Source: Deltaproteobacteria bacterium (GTDB lineage: Bacteria; Myxococcota_A; Polyangia; HGW-17; SLPX01). From it: a stretch of 64,000 nucleotides of DNA. The translations under genes and the position numbers were made by a program. The notes under the pieces were generated by a model. The model worked only from the letters and a program-made list of their open reading frames with translations, was not told where the DNA came from and searched no databases. Positions 56,481-64,000 of the stretch are shown in pieces. Location: NCBI GenBank assembly GCA_021162935.1, contig JAGGXR010000112.1:997-64996 (forward strand), written 5' to 3'. Positions within the stretch are counted from its first letter, which is position 1; every line of letters begins with the position of its first letter.

Positions 56481-59138
56481 TCAACTGGGAACCGGCGAAT
56501 CGACATCAATTGGAATCTTTTCCTGCCCAGCCTGCATCGTTGTGGGCCCCTTCTGTGCAATCCGCTCCGCCGCCCCTACGAATCGTTCCCGGATAACACC
56601 TGCGCGATCGGCCTGCTGGTGGGCCTTGTCTGTGTCGCCCATCTCCTCGTAGAATCCTGCCAGAATCTCACAGCATCGGGCAATCTCGATCTGGTGTCCC
56701 ATTTCTTCAAAGATCTGAAGCGCCCGCGTCAGTTTTTCTTCGGCTTCCGCATACATCTTTCTCTTATACGCCAACTCGCCAAGGGCCCGATGCGCCGTCC
56801 CGATCTGAGATCTGTTTCTGGATTCCACGGCCAAATTCAAGGCTTCCTTGAAATGCTGCCCCGCCTGCGACCACTTTTCTTGGCCCATCAACACCTTCCC
56901 GAGCGTTCGATGGCATTCCCCCGCCAAGCGTCGGTCTCCGAGGTTCTCTGCAATCTCGGCAGCGGCATCCACACGTATCCTGGCTCCATCGAGATCCCCT
57001 TCGGCTACCAGCGCCTCCGCCAAATTCGCCAGGATATATGCCTGCTGCACCCGATCCCCGATCGCCTCCGCCTCCCTGTGCGCCTCCTCCCAAATCTGCC
57101 GCGCCCGATCCTTTCTGCCAAGATCGAGCCAAATGGCACCCATGTGGGTTGCCGCGTGGATCAACCCCTGACGGTCCCCGATCTTTTCCCGAAGCATCAT
57201 AGACCGCTGAAAATACTCGAAGGCCTCCTCGAAGCGGCCTTTGTCCCGATAGACCAAACCAATGTTGCCAAGCGTGAAGGCGGTCGATCGATCGTCTCCA
57301 AGCGTAGCGCGAAGCTCCAATGCGCTGTTGTGAAACGAAAGGGCCCGATCAAACTCGCCCTTTTGCCACATGACCTTGCCCATGTCATCCAGTGTTGCGG
57401 CAACCCCCCGCCGGTCCATAGCCGCAAGAAACAACTCGTGCGCCCGTTCATAGTATTCGATGGCCGTATCGTATTCTCCCATGCTGCGATAGAGCCGCCC
57501 TATTCTCCCCAATGCCGCCCCTCCTTTGCCTTTGCGATCCAGCAAATAGGACGCCCACAGCATCTGGCCAAAGGCATCCAACGCCGACTTCGTATCTCCA
57601 ATGATCGCGCTCACATCACCAAGGTTGTGGAGTGCATCGATTCTAGAAAGATGATCATCGGGGTGCAGGAGCGCGAGGCCTCGTCGATAGTAGTCCCTCG
57701 CCTGTTCGTTCGCATAACGCGCACGCGCCTTGTCTCCCGCCTTGAGATAACTGTATGCTGCCCGGCGCGCGTTGCCTCCCTGCTCATAATGCTGTGCCAA
57801 AAACTCCAGGTGTTCCTCGGTCTTGCGAACCACCTTCGCCTCGAGCCACTGAGCGATGTGAAAATGCCATCGACGAACCTGCTCTGGGTCCACGCCCTTG
57901 CGAATCGTCTGATATTCCATGTTGTGCTTAAAGGCAAACTCACGCTCGGAAACGATCCACGAATCCGGCATTTCCATGATGTACTCCCGCGTCATGAGGC
58001 TCTCTATCATCTTCATGACGGCACGATCCTCTTCTCGCCCCCCCCATTTGCCACGTGAAACACCTGAATCGCCATCTGCTCGGTTCAAGACGATCAGCGC
58101 GCCAAGCCAAAAAACATTTCCCAGCACCGACGCCTTCTCCAACAACAATCGCTCCTCGGGAGAAAGGACCGCCACCCGAGCCTGCACAGCCTCCTCCACA
58201 GACAGAGGAAGCCGAAGTTGGGCAAACCGTTTTTCGTTGATGGTCCAAACTCGTCCGGACCGATCCACCGCATCCTCATCAACGAGCAGGCGGGCCAACT
58301 CTTCCAAGAAACGCGGATTCCCTCCGGTCATGGCAACCGACTGGGAAACGATCTCCTCTGGCAGATTCTCCACCTTGGACAAGAGGCCTCGGAACATGCG
58401 CCCGGCATCCTTTGTGGACAACCCCCCGACTTCGACCTTCCTCCAGGGCTTCTCCAACCGCCCATCTGGCCACCGACCCATGACTTCCGGACGCCCGACT
58501 CCGACCACGGTCAGCGGTGCCTTGGTCTTGCCCCGTCCCACCTCCGCCATCAACTTCAACGTCTCGTTGTCCGCAAGGTGCAGATCGTCCATCACCAAAA
58601 CTAACGGCTGCCAGGTCGCATCCGCCGTGAGGAAGCGCAACAGGACCGTCCGTGCAATTTGGTCATGCTGAATGGGATCCTCGCTGAGCGCTTGAAGAAA
58701 CGGGTTCTCCCGTACCTGAACACCGACAAATCTCCCCAAAAAGTGAAGAATCTCCGCCATCCGACGGTCCTCGAAGACTTCCGAAACCTCTCTTCGAACG
58801 CATTCCGCTGGATCTTCTATCTCATCGGTCAACCCAAACCGCGTCCGCAGGAGACGACTCCACAAACCATACGGACGATCATTCACCTGTGCCCGAGCTT
58901 GCAGAACCCGGAGATCCGGTCGCCGACGTGCCTGTCCCGCGATCCACTCGGAAACCAGCCGCGTCTTGCCCACGCCCTGGTTGCCTACCACGAGCAACGC
59001 GCTGCAATTCATGTCCCTGAGGCTATCGCTGACGGCTTCATCCAACTGGACCAACTGCCAATCTCTGCCAACCAACTCCGTTCGAATACCGTAGTTCCCA
59101 AAAACTACTTCGGTGATACTATTCTCTCGTCGCGGCAT
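56481..59138 (-). CDS. AAA_16 / STAND-like ATPase with C-terminal TPR array and no N-terminal effector domain
   Basis: LVGRD; Walker A GNQGVGKT; Walker B LVLVMDDLH; GGNPRFLEE; FKHN; multiple TPRs. Start re-picked at ATG 59138. Confidence 0.85.
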   Translation of the reverse strand: MPRRENSITEVVFGNYGIRTELVGRDWQLVQLDEAVSDSLRDMNCSALLVVGNQGVGKTRLVSEWIAGQARRRPDLRVLQARAQVNDRPYGLWSRLLRTRFGLTDEIEDPAECVRREVSEVFEDRRMAEILHFLGRFVGVQVRENPFLQALSEDPIQHDQIARTVLLRFLTADATWQPLVLVMDDLHLADNETLKLMAEVGRGKTKAPLTVVGVGRPEVMGRWPDGRLEKPWRKVEVGGLSTKDAGRMFRGLLSKVENLPEEIVSQSVAMTGGNPRFLEELARLLVDEDAVDRSGRVWTINEKRFAQLRLPLSVEEAVQARVAVLSPEERLLLEKASVLGNVFWLGALIVLNRADGDSGVSRGKWGGREEDRAVMKMIESLMTREYIMEMPDSWIVSEREFAFKHNMEYQTIRKGVDPEQVRRWHFHIAQWLEAKVVRKTEEHLEFLAQHYEQGGNARRAAYSYLKAGDKARARYANEQARDYYRRGLALLHPDDHLSRIDALHNLGDVSAIIGDTKSALDAFGQMLWASYLLDRKGKGGAALGRIGRLYRSMGEYDTAIEYYERAHELFLAAMDRRGVAATLDDMGKVMWQKGEFDRALSFHNSALELRATLGDDRSTAFTLGNIGLVYRDKGRFEEAFEYFQRSMMLREKIGDRQGLIHAATHMGAIWLDLGRKDRARQIWEEAHREAEAIGDRVQQAYILANLAEALVAEGDLDGARIRVDAAAEIAENLGDRRLAGECHRTLGKVLMGQEKWSQAGQHFKEALNLAVESRNRSQIGTAHRALGELAYKRKMYAEAEEKLTRALQIFEEMGHQIEIARCCEILAGFYEEMGDTDKAHQQADRAGVIRERFVGAAERIAQKGPTTMQAGQEKIPIDVDSPVPS

Positions 59139-59175
59139 GACCGTTCTCCTTCGAAGGACATGTATATCGACACGT

Positions 59176-60543
59176 CTATGGCGTCTTTTTCTCCGCCACC
59201 ACCATTTCGTTCTCTTTGCCCAGTTTCCCATAAACCCGTCTGCGTGACTCCCGCAGTCCGTGGCGCGTGACCAATCGCCCCAGGTGCTTCCTGTCCATGT
59301 CCGCCATCCGCGCGGCTTTGGACAGGTTTCCTCCTGCCTCTGCAAGAATCCAACGCAAGTATCGACGCTGTGCCTCTTCGAGCCACGATTGCTTCCACTG
59401 AGAAAACGTCGTGCCCAGCTCCAACTTCCCGGGAACATAGTTGGCCCAAGAATCTTCATCAAGCAACCCCGCCAAGGACAAACCCTGAACCACGTCTTGC
59501 AGGTCCAGGATGTTCCTTGATAAACGGAGGTGTCGGACCACGACTTCCAGCCAAGGTGCCAACTCGGAATGCTTCGGATCCGCCCCCGGGGCGTTGGTTT
59601 CTCCTGTCGCCTTCGAGGCCTCCTGTTCTCTGCGCGTGCCCTTGTCGCCCCTCTTGTGGGCTAAAAACCTGCGCGCCAGTTCCCGCGCGTCCTTCGGTCG
59701 TTTCCTCAATGGCGCCAAGCGAATGACGATCCGTGTGAGGTATTCCGCCAAGCGACGATCCACAACCCCTCTGAGCGCATCCTCCATCAACTCATGGCTC
59801 GACACCGCCACGATTCTGGTCCACTTTTCCTCTCCCCGACCCTCCCAGTGGTCGTCCAGCAGACGCAGGAGTCGAAGCTGTGTCGACACCGACAACCCCC
59901 AGGGCTCCACCAAGACGAGCGTCTGTCCTCCCTCGACGAGACCTGCCTCGACCGCCGCAATCACCTCTGGCTCCGGTCTCATCACGTCGATCTCGACAAA
60001 GCCTGCCCCGCCAGGACCAGCTCGCTTCGCCAGGAGTTTCGCCATGGTCCTGCGGCCCGTACCCGGCTCCCCCACGATGGTGACCGGAGAGGCGATCCCA
60101 GCAGCCAAATCCACTGCCGCAATTCCCGATCGGCTCACCGCATCCTCTGCCACAAATCCCGCTGGTACGACGATGTCCTCTGCGTGCAGTTCGGGCTCCA
60201 CGTATACCGAACGTAAGGAAAGAACCACATCCCCTGCCGCAATGATACTGCCCGGTTTTCCATACGCCTTCTCCACGGCGCTCCCGTCCAGGACCGTTCC
60301 GTTTGTGGAACCAAGATCCTCCACGAAATATCCTTTCGGGCGTATCTGGATCCGCAGATGCCGCCGTGACACGGTGTCGTCCGCCAGCACCACATCATTG
60401 TCCAGAGCCTTCCCCACTCGGATACTATCCCCGCCGGTCAGATACACCCTCCCTGCCTCGCCCCCCTTCACAACACCAAGGCGCACCTGTCTCACCGCCA
60501 TAATCGCTCGGGCTTTGCTCCTGCTCTCCTCTTGTCGCGCCAT
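59176..60543 (-). CDS. FHA-domain, degenerate sigma54-activator-like AAA+, Fis HTH regulator
   Basis: FHA (VGK...DDTVSRRH...EDLGSTNGT); Walker A-like GEPGTGRRT; no GAFTGA loop; C-terminal GGNLSKAARMADMDRKHLGRL HTH. Confidence 0.8.
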   Translation of the reverse strand: MARQEESRSKARAIMAVRQVRLGVVKGGEAGRVYLTGGDSIRVGKALDNDVVLADDTVSRRHLRIQIRPKGYFVEDLGSTNGTVLDGSAVEKAYGKPGSIIAAGDVVLSLRSVYVEPELHAEDIVVPAGFVAEDAVSRSGIAAVDLAAGIASPVTIVGEPGTGRRTMAKLLAKRAGPGGAGFVEIDVMRPEPEVIAAVEAGLVEGGQTLVLVEPWGLSVSTQLRLLRLLDDHWEGRGEEKWTRIVAVSSHELMEDALRGVVDRRLAEYLTRIVIRLAPLRKRPKDARELARRFLAHKRGDKGTRREQEASKATGETNAPGADPKHSELAPWLEVVVRHLRLSRNILDLQDVVQGLSLAGLLDEDSWANYVPGKLELGTTFSQWKQSWLEEAQRRYLRWILAEAGGNLSKAARMADMDRKHLGRLVTRHGLRESRRRVYGKLGKENEMVVAEKKTP

Positions 60544-60609
60544 GTGTCCTCCAACACCCCACCCCCAACACTAACCATCGCAAAGACATGGCGTCAAGAA
60601 GACTGTCCT

Positions 60610-60627
60610 CCACAGCAAGAGCTGTGG
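60610..60627. promoter_or_regulatory. Operator-like inverted repeat CCACAGC-AAGA-GCTGTGG between the divergent FHA regulator and nhaC
   Basis: Perfect 7-bp arms with a 4-nt spacer. Confidence 0.45.
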
Positions 60628-60739
60628 CACACATCCGTCATGCCCCCCCCCGCCACGGCCACGTTTCTGCCTGCCGTCCATCACCAGGGTTGTGTCCTCT
60701 CGTGTTCTCATATATCCTCCCCTTATTGTTAGGCCAATC

Positions 60740-62329
60740 ATGAATCATCCTTCCCAGAAAAAGGGCTCTTCTGCGCCCATGGCACAACAGGCCCCTTCAC
60801 GGCTTCGTCTCGCGGTCGATTCCAACAGGCCCTTGCCTCCGCTCTGGCTTGCCCTGATCCCCATCGTCTTCCTCGTGGCCGCCCTGGGCCTTACGGTCAT
60901 CTGGTACCACGCACCACCACATATTGCCTTGGTCGCGGCCACGGCCGTCGCCGTCCTGGCGGCATCATCCATTGGCGTATCCTGGAAGACCAGCCTGGCC
61001 GGCATCACGTCCGCCATTGCAATGACCCTGCCTGCCTGCCTCATTTTGATGCTCGTCGGCATGCTCATCGGCGTATGGATACTTGCGGGCATCGTCCCGA
61101 CCCTCGTCATCTATGGCCTGGACCTTCTCAGCCCTCGGTGGTTCCTGCCGGCCGCCTGCATCGTATCATCCGTCGTGTCTCTCGCAACGGGAAGTTCGTG
61201 GTCCACGGCTGGTACCGTGGGTGTTGCTCTCATGGGCATTGGCTCTGGTCTGGGTGTCCCGCCGGCAATGACCGCAGGTGCCGTCATCTCCGGCTCCTAC
61301 TTCGGCGACAAAATGTCGCCCCTGTCCGACACCACAAACCTCGCTGCAGCCGTTGCTGGCACGGATCTTTTCGTCCACATCAAGCACATGCTCTACACCA
61401 CGGTGCCCAGCCTGACGGCCGCTCTCGTTATCTACACGATCCTGGGTTGGAGCTTCACGTCCTCCTCGGCCGCGGTCGGATCGCTACACATCATGACGAC
61501 GACTGTGCAGCAGACGTTTCTCATCCAGCCGATCCTCCTGTTCGTCCCCGCCGCCGTCATCGCCATGGTGATCGCGCGAATTCCGGCCCTGCCAGCCCTC
61601 TTCTTGGGGACCCTTCTCGGAGCTGTTTTTGCCTGGGCCTATCAGGGTGCAGGTCTGTCACAAATCCTGGATGCGCTTCAGTTCGGATATCATGGCCACA
61701 CTGGCCACGCCTCCGTCGATAAACTCCTCAATCGCGGCGGCCTCTCCTCCATGATGAGCACCATTGCCCTCATTATGTTCGCCCTATCCTTTGGGGGGGC
61801 CATGGAGCGGTCCGGGCTGCTTGCGCGCCTCACATCCGCCGTGCTGCACCTCGTCCGAGGCCGAGGGAGCCTCGTTGCCGCCACGGTCTCCTCCTGCATC
61901 GGCGTTAACATCGTTGCCGGCGATCAGTACATGTCCATCGTGATTCCCGGTCGCATGTATCGGCCCGCCTTCAAGGCCTATCATCTGGCACCGAAAAATC
62001 TTTCTCGCTGCCTCGAAGACGCAGGAACCCTCACATCGAGCCTGATCCCCTGGAACTCCGGAGGCGCCTTCATGCACGCCACCCTGGGGATCTCTCCCCT
62101 TGCCTATCTTCCATATGCATACCTCAATCTCATCAACCCACTGCTCTCCTTGACATACGGCTTCACCGGTCTGACTATGACCTCCAGTGACGACCAGGAG
62201 CAACCTCCCTCCTCCGACCAGATGTCCTACAACTCCCTGCCACCAACGGTCTCCGGCGGCGAAACATCTGACCGAGACCAGAACGAAGGTCACCCAATGG
62301 ACAAAACCTTTGACGGCCCCCTTCCCTGA
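60740..62329 (+). CDS. nhaC: Na+/H+ antiporter NhaC family
   Basis: ATGSSWSTAGTVG, SGSYFGDKMSPLSDTTNLA, LLNRGGLSSM, EDAGT...LIPWNSGG. Confidence 0.93.
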   Translation: MNHPSQKKGSSAPMAQQAPSRLRLAVDSNRPLPPLWLALIPIVFLVAALGLTVIWYHAPPHIALVAATAVAVLAASSIGVSWKTSLAGITSAIAMTLPACLILMLVGMLIGVWILAGIVPTLVIYGLDLLSPRWFLPAACIVSSVVSLATGSSWSTAGTVGVALMGIGSGLGVPPAMTAGAVISGSYFGDKMSPLSDTTNLAAAVAGTDLFVHIKHMLYTTVPSLTAALVIYTILGWSFTSSSAAVGSLHIMTTTVQQTFLIQPILLFVPAAVIAMVIARIPALPALFLGTLLGAVFAWAYQGAGLSQILDALQFGYHGHTGHASVDKLLNRGGLSSMMSTIALIMFALSFGGAMERSGLLARLTSAVLHLVRGRGSLVAATVSSCIGVNIVAGDQYMSIVIPGRMYRPAFKAYHLAPKNLSRCLEDAGTLTSSLIPWNSGGAFMHATLGISPLAYLPYAYLNLINPLLSLTYGFTGLTMTSSDDQEQPPSSDQMSYNSLPPTVSGGETSDRDQNEGHPMDKTFDGPLP

Positions 62330-62771
62330 ACAATCTGAGGCACATCAAGACAGGAACGTCTGCTACGACTGTCAACCCCCCCCCGCTCTGCCATGTGCTG
62401 ATTCTTCCAACAACCTGACCGCGCCTGCACGGCTCGTCCGGCACTGCTCTCATGCCTACCCGTCTTCGTCCTTTGGGTCTCGTTTCGACACCCGACACGC
62501 GGATGAAAAGGGCGACCCTCACCCTCCTTCTCTGGGCTCGATGTCTTTCCCTAAGAGATAAAACAGGAAAAACATCCCGCCCAAGATCAAAATACCATAC
62601 AATAAGTGCATCGAAAAAAACCCGACCTTCCCCCCCCCGTGACCCACGCCCGCAACCACAATCGTCCTCTTGATCGGGCCAACGCGCTGACGCGGCCCTC
62701 TACCGTGTTTCCTTGTTAGAGCCGCACCAGCCCCTCAACGGTTCAGGTCCGCCCGCGCGTCTGTGTCGCCA

Positions 62772-63188
62772 TCACTGGTCCGCAGACGCTTCCTTGCTGC
62801 GTGCTGCAACGCCATTTTCCGACGATGGATCGTAAATCGCCTCCACCATCGTCATCTGTCCCCTCAAAATCCGGACCATTCCGCCCGATCGCGAAAGAAA
62901 CGCCTTCTTGAGGAACAAGAAATAATTTGGAATATCATCCGACGGTGCGACGCCCGTTGTCTTGCTCCTCGGATTTCCCGAAACGACTCGGATCTTGCTG
63001 CGCGAATCCAGCGTAAACCCGGGCTCCAACTTCGCCACGATCTGATATTTTCGCGCCGACGGACGCGACCACCCAACCTGACAGTTTCTCAAGGACACGG
63101 ATTCTTTCCCGTGATTTTCCACCACGAACCAGTCCTCGTTCAGCTTGCCGCTCTCATCCGCGCCATGAATCTGCGTGATCTCTAACAT
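62772..63188 (-). CDS. Stand-alone lamin-tail-domain (LTD)-like protein
   Basis: LEITQI...LNEDWFVVENHGKESVSLRNCQV...PGFTL...IRVVSG fits the LTD pattern; no signal peptide. Confidence 0.6.
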   Translation of the reverse strand: MLEITQIHGADESGKLNEDWFVVENHGKESVSLRNCQVGWSRPSARKYQIVAKLEPGFTLDSRSKIRVVSGNPRSKTTGVAPSDDIPNYFLFLKKAFLSRSGGMVRILRGQMTMVEAIYDPSSENGVAARSKEASADQ

Positions 63189-63486
63189 ACCTCTTCCTCC
63201 CTGGATCCATCCTCAAAAAAGCACCGGCAGACCACGAAAACATCCGGGCTGTCCGGTGACCACGAACGCATCCACTATGGACGAGTCCGTGACGCGAAGC
63301 AAGCACTCTCCCTCAAAGGAAATGCGGCTCCTTTTTCCTACAAGAACGATCTTCTCTGCCCCGAAACGCGCCGCACGCGACCCTACCGATGCCCTGAACC
63401 ATTCTTCCCCATATCTTGACGATTCTTCCACATTGCGGCACTCTGAGGAAAATTCAACCAACCGGAACAACCAGAAAATGTCGTCT

Positions 63487-64000
63487 ATGAAGCCAAATCG
63501 AAGAGCGCGTGAAAAACAACGTCATCGCCGCGAAATCCTAGAATCCGCCTGCGACGTCTTTGCGGAAAAGGGCTTCCGCAAGACCACGATCCAGGACATC
63601 TCACATGTTTCAGAATTCTCCGTGGCTTCCATCTACAAGCATTTCGAAAGTAAGGAAGATATCTATCACTCCTTGATCGAAGATGTCCTCGGCATCTACT
63701 ACAACACGCTCAAACGCAAGACATCCGGCGTAGAGAGTCCCCTTGAGCAACTCCTGATTGCCCTAGACATCACCACCCAGATGATCGTCGAACGCGTCAA
63801 CTTCTGTCGGTTTCTGCTTCGCGAATTCCGGCCCAATCTGTATGCAACCAAGGATAGCATTCCTGAAAAATCGGCCGACGTGTACTGGAAACTCATCAAC
63901 TTCTTTGTGGATATCTTCGAACGCGGCATCGAGAAAAAAGAGCTTGTCGATCTCCCTCCTTTCTACCTGACCATCTCGCTGCTCGGAAACGTATTCAGCT
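63487..64000 (+). CDS. TetR/AcrR-family transcriptional regulator (partial, runs off the window end)
   Basis: Translated by hand from ATG 63487: MKPNRRAREKQRHRREILESACDVFAEKGFRKTTIQDISHVSEFSVASIYKHFESKEDIY, a TetR HTH. No stop before 64000. Confidence 0.92.
   Translation, partial: MKPNRRAREKQRHRREILESACDVFAEKGFRKTTIQDISHVSEFSVASIYKHFESKEDIYHSLIEDVLGIYYNTLKRKTSGVESPLEQLLIALDITTQMIVERVNFCRFLLREFRPNLYATKDSIPEKSADVYWKLINFFVDIFERGIEKKELVDLPPFYLTISLLGNVFS

Noticed and set aside
62330-62771. 440-bp intergenic region as an ncRNA or small ORF (62452-62673)
   Set aside because: No recognisable RNA family or convincing stem pattern by eye, and the small ORFs lack typical codon usage. An Infernal/Rfam scan would be needed.
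63213-63470. 85-aa minus-strand ORF between the LTD and TetR genes
   Set aside because: No motif or clear RBS; it overlaps the probable divergent promoter region.
1-64000. tRNA, rRNA, IS elements, integrases, prophage or classic defence systems
   Set aside because: No cloverleaf or T-loop in intergenic context, no transposase, integrase or phage motifs, and no large compositional island were seen. The ATPase-TPR protein has no toxic effector domain to support an antiphage call.

Overview
A GC-rich, gene-dense 64 kb core-chromosome window, most likely from a Myxococcota (deltaproteobacterial) genome. This is inferred from two MYXO-CTERM-type sorted proteins, eukaryotic-like Ser/Thr kinases with TM and TPR tails, an FHA-sigma54-type regulator, a giant AgmK-like TPR protein and pilC/pilS. 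I found about 44 coding regions and no recognisable rRNA, tRNA, CRISPR array, transposase, integrase or prophage. Housekeeping genes (grpE, hisS, rmlC, gcvH/PA/PB, aroB, nhaC) are interspersed with poorly characterised genes. The most interesting observations are: (1) a coupled three-gene envelope operon (Cys-rich 5'-nucleotidase lipoprotein, YhcR/ExeM-like OB-fold lipoprotein, outer-membrane beta-barrel) that looks like a surface nucleic-acid/nucleotide scavenging system; (2) a single-chain EtfA-EtfB fusion whose FAD and AMP motifs are eroded; (3) a degenerate FHA-bEBP paired with an effector-less ATPase-TPR protein; (4) an orphan AblB/YodP-like tandem GNAT protein with a near-consensus sigma70 promoter; (5) a surface phosphatase-Na/Pi symporter-PhoU cluster; (6) a hypothetical protein carrying the Cle-type c-di-GMP motif YxGPDRR. 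Family assignments come from motifs recognised by eye, not database searches, and several start codons were re-picked downstream of the ORF-track starts.
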